From NCBI GenBank assembly GCA_951406725.2, contig OX597816.1, positions 143,716,001 to 143,780,000 of the forward strand: 64,000 nucleotides of DNA. The letters are read 5' to 3'. This DNA is from Octopus vulgaris. Taxonomy: Eukaryota. Positions 10,312 to 23,357 of this stretch are shown here, one piece after another. The notes under the pieces are model-generated. The model was not told where the DNA came from, searched no databases, and was given only the letters and a program-made list of their open reading frames with translations. How positions within the stretch are numbered: position 1 is the stretch's first letter; the number at the start of each line of letters is the position of its first letter. The translations under genes and the position numbers were made by a program.

Positions 10312-11134
10312 GTTTTTGTCACAACTGTAAAGCTTTTCGATCGCAATTAGGTCAAGCAAAGGTGACCTCGAGATAAACAACATCAAACCCCCAAATAATT
10401 ATACACATCCACATGCACATACACACACGTACACATACACACTCTCTCTCACAGAGACACATGCACGCACATACAGTCGGAAAGTTTTAGGCATAAAACT
10501 TTTGATATGCATGCGTATGCGTGGCTGTGCTTCGGTATGTTTATGTGTCTATTGGGTGCTCGTACATGGTTTTATTAAGGGCCACCTTTCCCCTTTCACC
10601 TTTAACTCTCTGACTTGATGGCTCTTTCTCTCTACTCTTCTGTGTACACGCATACACAAATACATGCGTGCACACACACACACACACACGTACAATCATG
10701 TACACACACACACACATATATACAAATGTTTATGTATGAGTATGTGTACACATTATTCCTTCTTGGTAAAATTTGGTACAATGAGATTGACAGGGAATTT
10801 CTCGAATAACCAGTCTAATGAACAATCACAGAGTAATTCTTATAACAACATTCCATTCCAAAATAATTAGTCTCACATCTGTATTTGAATTTCACATAAA
10901 AATAAAAACGAAAACAAAGAATATACCATCCAATAATGGGCACAGCGACTCCAATTAAAACAATGACAAATGCATAAAATTATTGTGATTAGTAATATGG
11001 CTCTAATTACAAAGTATGTAATGGCTACATATATGCGTACGACCTAAACGCATCACTATATAAGTGTCTGCCTGTGTCTGTATGTGTAAGTATAAGAATA
11101 TATACGAATATATATCATTTTTTCTTTTAGTTTT

Positions 11135-11334
11135 TATCTTTCACTTCTTTCAGACATTACGGTATGGCCATGCTGCAGCATCGCCTTGAAGAATTTTTTC
11201 CAGAACGCATCGACCTCAGGATTTTTTTTTAAGCCTGGTACTTATCCTGTAGATCAGTTTGGCCGAACCGCTAAGTCACGGAAACGTAAAAAAATATCAT
11301 CGTTTGTCAAGTGGTACAGGGGGACAAACACAAA

Positions 11335-11392
<58 letters not shown>

Positions 11393-11666
11393 TACACGCA
11401 CACACACATATTTATATATGACGGGCTTCTTTCAGTTTCTGTCTACCAAATTCACTCACAAGGCTTTGGTCGGCCCGAGGCTATAGTTGAAGACACTTGC
11501 TCTAGATGCAGTGGTGCTGAATCTGGAACCATGTGGTTGGTAAGCAACCTTCTTACCAAACAGCCACGACTGCACCTTTATATGGGAAAGTGTCTTCTAC
11601 TATAACTTCGAGCCGATTGTGAGTGGATTTGGTAGACGGAAACTGAAAGAAGCCCGTCGTATATGG

Positions 11667-11723
<57 letters not shown>

Positions 11724-11925
11724 TGTGTTTATGTCTGTCTCCCAGTACCGCTTGACAACCGGTGTTAGTATGTTTACGACACCGTAACTTATCGGTTCGG
11801 CAAAAGAAACCTACAGAAGAAAATAAAATTACTGGAATCGATTCATTCGAGTAGAATTCTTCAAGGCAGTGCCCCCGCATGACGGCAGTCTATTGACTGG
11901 AACAAGTAAAAAATAAAAAGATAAA
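11135..11925. mobile_element. Two SINE family A copies head-to-head (minus 11135-11575; plus ~11583-11925)
   Basis: Homology to 232-625 in both orientations. Confidence 0.8.
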
Positions 11926-12059
11926 AGATATGCATATATATTTATGTAAATATATGCGTTCGGACACACACGCACACACACACACACATACACGCACACA
12001 CATACATAATACATACTTACATACATACATACATACATAGAGATGTAGATTACGTCATA

Positions 12060-12630
12060 CAGATTATGTCATATTTCGATAGAAGATATAACAAGTGATT
12101 ACCAGATGCGCAAAAATATCATCCTTGTGCCACCTCCCCATGCGGCACAACTCCGTCGCAAAAGCAATATGCAATGCCATCCGGAGGAAAAACTGTCATG
12201 GTGTAAATATAGAGAATCTCCCTGTCATTGAGTCCATACAGAAACGACAATACAAGGAATACTCGTGGAACATTCCTGTCAAAACAACTGTCAAGTGTAA
12301 ACATAACAGGCGGGATAATGTAGTTTGGGGAAGACAAGAAAAAGCGTGTATCATCATAGAGGTCAGCTGTTTTGCTATGTGACTATCTCTTTGAAAATTA
12401 AAGAGAAAGAGGATAACTATAAACACCGGCTTCGAAGCTTTCAGCTTCTATATTCAGATTATAAATTCACATTTATACCAATAATTTGTGCACTTGGTTT
12501 TGTGAGCAAATGCCTGAGTGACAATAGGCGTAAGAAAAATAAACCAGTCAACTACCCAGCGCAATACAAATGCTATTTGTAAGTGGAACAGTAAAAATAT
12601 GCAAGACTTTCCTCAGGTTTAAAATGTGAT
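12060..12630 (+). mobile_element. RLE-type (R4/NeSL-like) non-LTR retrotransposon 3' relic
   Basis: RHNSVAK...WNIPVKTTVKCKHNRRDNVVW...CIIIEVSC, KEKEDNY, FIPII.ALG: the RH / NRPD / E / KxxxY restriction-like endonuclease motifs, degraded. Confidence 0.8.
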
Positions 12631-12754
12631 GTTTTTGCGATGGAACTTTGTATCTTTGTTAGAAGCTAGCTCTATCTTCAGAGAAACAGAATAGAACATA
12701 CATACATACGTGCATACATACATACATACATACATACATACATACATACATACA

Positions 12755-12835
<81 letters not shown>

Positions 12836-13476
12836 GTGTGTATGAAATAAAAGAAGTTGAAAATTCCCTGAGAATATATAAGAAGATTTATTTATATAAA
12901 TATTACTACACTAAGCCAACATTTGTTGGATTTTTCGGAAATGTAGGATTTGAAGAACGTGGATTCATCGTGCACATTGTGGATACCTGGATAATCCTGG
13001 TAACATGGACACATTTACAAGATTGTAAGTAAGAATAATAATTCACTATAACACTAAAAAGTCACCACAAAAAATAACAACTGCTCATATAGTTACTTGA
13101 CACAGATACTGGCCTAAAACAAAAATTTCAGGAGCTACTGTCGCCGTGCATAGCTATTGTTCTGACTATCATATAACCTATTCATTGGAGTAAATCGTAT
13201 ATATGAAAAAAAAAAAAACCTTATAGGTTATAATTATTATTAAAATTATAAATAAAGTCGGGTTTTGACTGCTATTTCAAGCATGGTGGTATCTCTTAGA
13301 TACCCTTATTTATAATTTTAATATATAATATATAAATTATAAATAAGAGCTCATTTTCATAGCATCTTTTCGCTGGCCGGATAACTGAAGAGATGGCGGC
13401 GTGGGTTTCCGCCCCGATATCAGAAACTCGGAGTTTTATCATGGCTACCGAATAATTGTCACATATTATATTTACA

Positions 13477-13576
13477 NNNNNNNNNNNNNNNNNNNNNNNN
13501 NNNNNNNNNNNNNNNNNNNNNNNNNNNNNNNNNNNNNNNNNNNNNNNNNNNNNNNNNNNNNNNNNNNNNNNNNNNN
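13477..13576. other. Assembly gap (100 N, likely a placeholder of unknown true size)
   Basis: Run of exactly 100 N. Confidence 0.99.
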
Positions 13577-15836
13577 GATTGACAACACATCTGCATCCCA
13601 TCTTTTAACTTCCTTTCTTCATTAAGACGTTATGGAGATGCTTCCTCGCCGTTGTCAGCACAAGCTAGGAACTTTATCTGATAACACCCACACACACACA
13701 CATACACACACGTACAATTTAGTATCTAATTATCATCGCGGGCGCGTGTAAATTATTTAGAAGTTGGGTTTTGGTGAAGCGTTCCAAACTTTACATAAAA
13801 TTGAGTTGGAACTTTTGGTAAAATATTTATTTTATATATGAACAGAAGACGACATGATAGGGTAGATACTGGAGAGACTGCTGAGAAATTGTCTGTTCAT
13901 ATCCTCTTCAAAGTATCTCACTGTACCAATCTTTGGTCAGTAAACCTAACTATTCTTTCGAATGGCTCTGTCCACCCGGTCGTAAATAGGTTCCATCAAG
14001 AAGAAATAAGTTGGCTGTAGAGTTGAAAATTTCGCATAGAGAGAAGGGGACGGAGGATCAGTGACAGAGAATGTGTGGAGGAGTGTTACAGAGGAAGAGA
14101 AGCAAATGAGGGGGAGAAATGAGGAACAGGAGAGAGTGAGAGTGAAGATTATAGTAGAGTGATTCATCATTATCAACAACCATCATCACTGTGATCCTGT
14201 AATAGCGATTAATATTTGTTTGTGCTGTGCTGTCACATTTATGACATTCAGAAGAGGAAAGGTGGGAGGGGGAGGGGGAGGAACGCCACCGCTGGTCTTA
14301 GATAACAAATTGCTATCACCAGCACCACCAGCCAATGCTTGTTGATAAGGAACAATAATAACAGGTGTGTCTATTTAAACAGACCTTGAGCCGCTGTTTC
14401 CGCTGCCAGCTCCTAATTAATGGGCTGCTGTCTTCGTTTCCCAACAATAACACACATAACTGGGGAAACTGGACCGATATTCACTGAAATCCAGGCCACA
14501 CTGAATTCGAGAACAAGTTTGATTTTCTTTTTTTTTTTTTTTTTAGCTCCCCTCTTCTCTGATGTATGTGCATACACGACTATATACACATGTCCATTAG
14601 CATTTCAGCTTGTGTGTGTGTATATACCGAAAGAATGTGGTGTAGTTATTTAATAAATGTACTCTGTATGTTCACTGGTTAGTGTGCACACACATAGAAA
14701 CTTGAATATTTTCCTCACTAGTCATTCAAACGTCCGATTTCTCAATTAGTAGCTTGACCAAGTGAATTGAATTTGAGTTCACTACTAGTACTCATATCAA
14801 GCCAAGTGAAATCTAAACCTAGAACTTGGAGAAATGTGGATGCTAGTAATACTTGATGCAAGAAAGTAAGGAAATCCTGATTTATGTTTTTGGCTTACTA
14901 CATCAAGTATGTTAGTGTCCACTTTACTATTAGAGTTATATGCAATAGGCGTTCCTGAGTAGTTTTCATCTTTTAAATATAAAAGGTAACACGTATAGCA
15001 TATTTAATTGTTTCAGTAAACTTTGCACTTGTTTATATTTGAATAGATTGTATACAATTTAGTCTGAATTCATTAATAACTGTATAGATACATCGGAGTT
15101 GTAAATAGGAGTTGTAAATAGGTGTGTGTTGTGCCACAGTGTTGTGTACAATAGTGGTATACTTTACATATTTGTACAGAATGTTGTTGAACATAAAATT
15201 TGAATATTATTTATTAAACTGAAAATAATTATCACTGACAGAAAACAAGATACAGCGAAGAAAATGTGAAATGTTAATAGGTAGCTCAGAAAATGTATAA
15301 TACACAGGGAATATACTGTGTGTCAGTAATATATAAGTGTGTGCGTATGAAGCAGGGATATAATATAGGTGTTGAAATGAGGTGTGTTGAATACTATGAC
15401 AAAATGATTAGAAGAAACAGTTCATAACCTAAATGCCAGATGTTTAAATGATAAATATATTGTTTTGTAAATGGTGCAGAATAAAGAGAAAGGACTTTGA
15501 CAAAATGTGCAGTAGATAAGGGTACTGAGACATGTGCCAAATATACTTCCTTAGTGTAAGCATGCTTAATGTAGAAAGGTGTGTGGGGGTGTGTGTAGTT
15601 ATTGTTATGGCTGTTCTGCTCAGAGTAAATCTTGATCGAACAGACGTATGATCAAGACTATTCCAGCAGTAACCATCCTGTTCTTTTTATGCTTTTTTGG
15701 TATCTATGACTACTTTTTATGTAATGTTTCTCCTAAAGACACTAGAGTTTTATTTGAAAAAGATTTTGTTGCTATTTCAAGCAGGTCGTGTGTGTGTGTG
15801 TGATGCAATGTGAACTGTAACAGAAATGTAGCTTAC

Positions 15837-16223
15837 CGATAAATTCAATGGCTTTCGGGAAAAATATAGACAAATTTTGAGACCAGTGATCATTGATGGG
15901 AATCTGCATATATTTAAAAGAATCGTCTTTTTCGAACATATTTGGCATGTTGGCAGTTACATTAAGAATATACTTGATGCCGTTTTGTTTCAAAAGTGAA
16001 AGCTCTTGTGAGTTCTTAGCATTGCCCAGAAAAAGATTCGGTAAGACTTGAACTGGTAATGGCGATGTATCCGACGGACTTGTATCCGATTCTTCATCTT
16101 GAAGATTATATGACGATTCGCTTGACAGAGATAGATTTCTGAGGCCAATAATGGTAGACTCGGTTTCCGAATCTAAGAAAGCACTGAGTTCAGGATATCT
16201 TTGTTCAAACGTCGAAAAACCAC
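15837..16223 (-). CDS. DUSP6: MKP3-type dual-specificity MAPK phosphatase (DUSP6/7/9 family), coding exon 2
   Basis: Polypyrimidine-CAG acceptor at 16224 and GTAAGC donor at 15836; 387 nt, phase 1-1. Translates (G)GFSTFEQRYPEL...IIGLRNLSLSS...PVQVLPNLFLGNAKNS...YILNVT...YMQIPINDHWSQNLSIFFPKAIEFI. DHWSQNL is diagnostic of the DUSP6/7/9 subfamily; the symbol denotes the subfamily (co-orthologue). Confidence 0.95.
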
Positions 16224-17159
16224 CTGGAAGAGAGAAAGAAGAAAAGTCCCAAAATTATAGATTCCATGGAAAAATATAGGTGCTGTGAAGGTCGTTTTAA
16301 ATTAAATTTCAAGTTAATGAGAACACGTGATCTGAAACTGAACTTCCACAATTTCAAGTTCTCTTAGATTTCCCACTTGACTTAGTTTCAGCCCAAAACA
16401 ATCGTCACAGTAAGGTTTAATATAGACTATATACACAAATTAGATTATGCTGTACACAGTAAGCTCTGAAGTGTAATATAGAATGAATCTATGCTGCTTT
16501 TAGTGAAAATTAATACTATATTCAGTGTGCAATAGACGCTGTATAAGAGCGTATGCACCTGGGCGAGAGAACACGCTTAACAAAGTAGAATCAGAATAAG
16601 CTAACCAGACATTGATTTTGAACCGGTCCCAAAGAGACTTCATGATGATGTATGTTTATATAAAACCAAAAAGAATAAACTTTTCGTTAGCATTTACTAA
16701 CCATTAAGCACACCAACGAGTAAGCAAGCATTCATTAACCACTTAGCTTATTTCTGAACAATTTTCTTTGTAGAAATTACAGCATATTACAGGTTAGCGT
16801 TATAAATCGAAAATTTTACAAAACCCCTTAAGCAATAGTTTGCACAATATATTCTCACAAGCTGAGAACACCATAGCAACGTTGGTGTTCAGCAGCAGGA
16901 AAAAGAAGCAAATTTTATTTACATTTACTGAATACTGGAATTTTCCAGGAAAATTAAATAGAAGTGGAGAGAAAAAGATAGAAAGAAAGAAGAATCCAAT
17001 AGCCCAAGTGTGAAAGATATGTTCTGTTTATTAGAATGATGAGAGGATATCGAAAACAGGAAATATAACGAAAATGAATGGCGTTTAACAAAAAGGGTTG
17101 TAATAAAGAGAAAGAGGACATAGATCTCTATATCACACCCTCATCCATATATATACAGT

Positions 17160-17226
<67 letters not shown>

Positions 17227-17922
17227 AGGAATAAAAAAAATGTTACTCGTGAGGAGTGACAATTCAGTGACATAAAAATGCCAAATATGGACAAAGGCCA
17301 TCAAATGAAACGTTTTTAATTATTTCACAATTATTTGAAAGTCTTCTTGAATAAAAGAAAAAGAAAAGCACAAGGGTAACGTACTAACAGCAATAAATAG
17401 AAATACTAAAATGATCGCCAGTTTTATAAAAGCAAATATAAACGAAAACAAGAAAAAGTAACAAAAACGAATGAATAAAGACTGCCATTTTGTTTTCCAT
17501 TATTATTTCCTTAGAATAAGGATACCTTCTGCACCAAACCTACCCCATTCTCATTGCCCTTTGGAAACAGTTTGCAGCTGCCACCTTTCAGGAATCTTGA
17601 CAGTCATCAAATCAACGAAACCCTATGAAAAGCTACGTTGGCATACATAACAAAACAAATACGCTTTTATATTTGGATCAGAACAAATATTTATAATTGT
17701 TATGCTTTTAAATCTATCCGGAACTTTAATTTTCTGATGTTGTATGCAAAATGTCATTTCAATACGCCACAATTTTGCAATATAAAATAGAATGTAAATA
17801 TATATAATCGGGTTTCTTTCCTTTGATTTCATATTTATTCTTTCCGTATTTAACTCCTTCCTCTCCATATATATAATACATACATACATACATACATACA
17901 TACATACATACATACATACATA

Positions 17923-17973
<51 letters not shown>

Positions 17974-18027
17974 CATACATATATTATTTTTATTACATTC
18001 CTTACCTTATGTATGTATATATATATG

Positions 18028-18107
<80 letters not shown>

Positions 18108-20006
18108 TACATCATAAGTAAGGAATATAAAATATATACAATACATATCAAATGCAAACATCTGATATAGAACTCAATACGTTGAATAAAGTGGATAGAC
18201 ATAACAAAAGATGACAGTCTACTCGACTTTCGCTGGCTTCAAAGTAAGGAGACCTGTTCGTGATCATCCAGCAGGTTCTTATATTACTGTCGTCCATGAA
18301 GAAGGCCAAAATAAACATCGGTTGCATTGGAACTCGAAACGTAAAAACTGTAAGGCATGCTATTTCATCCTTTTGATTCTGCCATTCAGCGTCACTCATT
18401 ATAATTCGAAGGTAATTTACACAGGTTGTCATCTAGAGTAAATGACGACCTAGGTGATTCACATTGGGACAATATCACCAACACCAATAACAGCAAATGT
18501 GTACATGCAGAAAGTATGTGTACATACAGAAGGTAAATGTCAATATTCAGCTGAACGCGAAGCAGACACATTTCCAAGCAAGGATGACATTATTCATCGC
18601 TATTTTTAAGCAGCCTGCTCGGAGACACTTTGTTCAAGATCGCTTATTGTGGCATAGTGCTGTGTACACTGTGGCATAGTGCTGTGTACACTCAATATCA
18701 GAAATTATTAGAGAACCTAAAGACAGAAAAGATGCCGGAAACCTAGAGCCCCATCGAATCCTGACTCTGCTATGACGTGCCTCAAGCCACTCCCTTAAAG
18801 AGAATGAACTACGGACGGTAGATCGATATATCTATTGTACTTAGTAACAACTTGCATGTACCCCACCACCTAACCAATGGAAATTACATATAGGCATAGA
18901 CCGCTGAAGTTCAACCGTCAGAGTTGTTAACATTCCATGAGCTCAACTGGAATAAAGTCATCTCTTAAAACACGCTTTTGATCTTTTGTTGCAACCCAGC
19001 GTTGTTGCTAATGGTCACACGAAATTTCTTATTCCATCTTACCACTATGTCTGAGAATGTTTACTTAAGCAACATCGCACTACATCTGTGTTTCAAGACA
19101 AGCATTGCAAGAGAATCACAAGTTAATAATCTTTTGACCTACACGCACTGTTTGGGATTGTGTTAATAATTCTATACTTCTAAAACGACACAATTTTGTT
19201 GGAGAGGAGAATTATAATTCAATTGAATCAAACTTTTTGCATTACTGGTATTATTTCATTGATCCTGAAGAGGAAGAAAAACAGAGTAATCCCTGGAGAG
19301 ATTTGGATTTAAAACTTGAGGGGATGTGTCTAAGTACCAAAATACATTTTTACCATATCCTTTGATTAGAAGTTTTATCAGGTTTTTTTTATCGATTCAG
19401 AGTAACATTTTAGCTAGTGTTTGTTGTTTGCATGCTTTGAGTCTTCCGAGTCAGCACAAATATGCTATATTTTCAACAAAGAGGCACCAAGATATTTTAG
19501 ACAAACATGCTTCACCTAATAATACAAGTAAAGCAATTCAAGTGAAATGAACTCAGCTGAAAACTGAAAATCTTTCGCGGTTTCGTTTAGTTTCTTCGAA
19601 GCTTAATTTTTTGATAGATGGCGTGCACCATTGACTGTTTTGCGAAGGAGTATCATCATGTGCTCGTACCTTAAGTTGAACAGATTTATAATTGTCTCAC
19701 GCTCTGAACATATTTTACAGTAATTTTTTTTTTAATGACTTACACATAGAAACAAAATATCTAAACTGTGCTATCTGATCTAAAGTTTACCTTGGCCTAC
19801 CTTTGATTTCATAATCAAAGTTATGTCATATCTTCTTGGCGACTTATTTTATCACTCGTGTTTTCTATTCACTTCTTTTCATCATCACCATCATCATCAA
19901 CAACACAGATTATTAGCTATATATATACATATATATATATTATATACATATATATATGTACATAAATATATACATATATATATATATTATATACATATAT
20001 ATATAT

Positions 20007-20078
<72 letters not shown>

Positions 20079-20144
20079 TATACATAATACACGTATACAT
20101 ATATATATATATATACATACACGTGTATATATATATATATATAT

Positions 20145-20230
<86 letters not shown>

Positions 20231-21304
20231 CTATTTAATTAATCTAGAAATATTAATATGTGTTACTATTTTGCTTACAATAGATCTTTCTCCCTTTCTC
20301 TCCTTTCTTAGTTACCGTACATATATGCATGTGCCTATACGAATGCAAGTGTTGTGGGTCTACTAGAATGTGTATTGGGATAGACACGGTCAAAATAGCC
20401 TCTTCTCTTTACCCCGTCACATTCTCCTCTAATGCAGTCTTACCCTCTCACTTACTTCATCGTCTATGCTGCTAGAATAACCAGATAACACAAGATGATT
20501 TATGTGAGAACTTGAAATTTTATGTCGTATCTTTGCTGATAATACTGAGGAAATTTGGTCGACTGTATTGTGTAATAAGACCAACCGGCTTACATAGTAA
20601 CGGCAATCGGCTTACTGAAACATGCGTACAATATATAAAGCATAAAATACCAGTTGTGATTTCTGTATTTATTTTGTAGATGTTGCCCAGGCGCATAATT
20701 TATTCACAGAGGTTATCTCTCAATTATTCCCTGACTAGGTAGAAACCAAACGTGAATCGTAGAAAAAATAAACAGTAAAAACAAACAACAATATAAACTC
20801 TGCTCTGAAATTACCTTGAACTTCATTTAATAGCTGATGAATGAAGAATGGTCTCTATGTTTGTGTCTTGACTTGTACCTCTTATCTATTGTTGGTACTT
20901 TAATTTTTCTTTTTAATACACACATCTCTCTCTATATACAAATATTAGGTACCTATTATTCTTGATAAACATATGAATGGGATAAACTCTCTCTGCTTTA
21001 TATATATTTCTGAGATCTTATATAATTGGAATTCAAGAGACTGATGGGGGAGGCACTCAGTGCAATAGGAGTGACGCAATACAAGCTAACAGCATTTCAG
21101 TTGGTCGTTAGAGAGTCTCTCGTGTCTGTCATTTGCTTGCAGCTCCTGTCTCACTCATTAGACATACACACACACGCACACGAGTGTATGTGCCTGCATA
21201 GGAAAAATGAAAGCGATATACTGACTCCATACATTGCTGAGGGGATGCCTTGGCTAACAAACGTTGAATTCCCACTGTAATTACGATCATAAAGATGGGA
21301 AAGC

Positions 21305-21373
<69 letters not shown>

Positions 21374-21581
21374 TATATATAGATAGATAGATAGAGAAAG
21401 AGAGAGAGAGGTTAAATTAGTTGACCAGAGTGATTATAATTGAAAGCTGAGCAAATGATGACAGTCAAACTGGGGTCGTGAAATAAGTTTTCATCCGGTG
21501 ATTAGGATTCCAGAGTTAGATTTAAATGCCATTCTCTCATTGGGCATGTGTGTGATGTCTTGTTGTGTGTACATGTATGTT

Positions 21582-21632
<51 letters not shown>

Positions 21633-21932
21633 GCATACACACACACACACACATGGGGTGTGCTTGAACTGCATCTAACATCAATGATATGAATTTTTTT
21701 CCTTAAATTTTAATAATAATAATAATAATAAAGAAAAAAATGACGAACGAAATGTCAAACGGTGAAAATAGCAGGATAAAGAAGTGAAGCTAACACACCA
21801 AACTTCAGAATTCCTCTTTTCCACTTACAAACACACTAGTGAGTCAATTTTGAAAACTTTTTACACATCCGAGTTTATAGATTATGTACAAAAATTCATA
21901 AATTTATGCAGATACGTACACAAGCATACACA

Positions 21933-21963
<31 letters not shown>

Positions 21964-22435
21964 GTATGTAAATGTGCTCATTTACACACGCATGACACAT
22001 GCATACATACACAGATGTAATATACGTATGTTTACAAACATACCGACACTGAGATTTATATATATATATATATCTCCATCTATATCCACACACAGACACA
22101 TAAATGTGAGTCTGGCATGAACAACTTAGACATACACTAAACGTGTAACCCAAAAGAAGAGAATTGAGAACTTGCCCAGTGACACGATGAAGATTATATC
22201 TCATTACTTGACACTGACAGGTCTTAAGGGTTTAATACGACCCCAGTTATGCACACATTTTCTTCTTCAGACCTACACCCTTTCTATACCTTTTTTATCT
22301 TTAATTTCTGTCTTTCACATTAAATAAATCTCAGTGGTCAGATCTGACAAGTTGCTTGCAATTGGTTGCTTTGAGAGCCTAGCTGTTTGGAAAGTAATAA
22401 AACTGGACTGATTAACTGTCTTTAAATCAATCATG

Positions 22436-22586
22436 AGCAACAGGACAACCTGCTGCCCGTTATAGGTTCTAAATGGAACGCCTAACATAAAAATTACTTT
22501 GATATAGATTTAAAGTAGCACGGCCCGCCTGATGGTAAACCATGTCTCATGTGGTCCGCTTCTCGGAAAAGGCTGCCCATACCTGC
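22436..22586. mobile_element. Old hAT(Charlie)-like MITE relic
   Basis: Degenerate ends CAGGACAACCTGCTGCCC ... AAAAGGCTGCCCATACCTG. Confidence 0.35.
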
Positions 22587-23314
22587 TTTAAATTATCATA
22601 AAGCAGGGGAGATGACAAAATATTTATATCCACGACTACCAGACGATGTAGGGTCATTTCCCATTGTTGGTTCTTAACTCGCTTCCGTTCAAAAGCATCT
22701 AGCTGTTATAAAATGTGTTGTGTTATCTTAAGCACAGCTCACTGTTGAAACTGTTCCTAATAAATACTGCTTAATTAACAAGACTTTCGTTATTTTCGAC
22801 TATCAAGTTCAAATTTCTTCAATTAGGTTTTTGAACGATTATTCTTGTAGAACTCAGCACGATTTCAATTTGGAATCTATGAATGAAATCTGGATAAACA
22901 TTGAGAGGTTTTTAACTTATGAAAGAAAGGAAAGAGGGCGAGAAATGTGTGTAAATACATGCTTATCTTTTATGCTTCCTTTTCGGAATTAAATACATGC
23001 TTATCTTTTATACTTCCTTTTCTGAATTAAAACTTGAGTTTGAAAATGTAGAGTCCTTCTACACTAACACTCCTATCACAATCAAATCAATTTGATTAAT
23101 ATTATATGAAATGATGTACACACCGAGAAACACGTGTTATTCTTAATTTAATAGAAAGTGTGTGATCCTGATGGCGTAATCAGTAAACCGCTTTTCTTGA
23201 ATCCAGCTCACTTCACCATTTCTAATAGCAGTCTTGCTCTCAAGAAGTATTAATGTTATACAATTTCTTACACAAATCTTTATGAATGCTAGGTATTCTG
23301 TAGTTGTTGTTTTC

Positions 23315-23357
<43 letters not shown>

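Noticed and set aside
18150-18700. Possible decayed coding or transposase fragment in intron 1
   Set aside because: No recognisable motifs in any frame.
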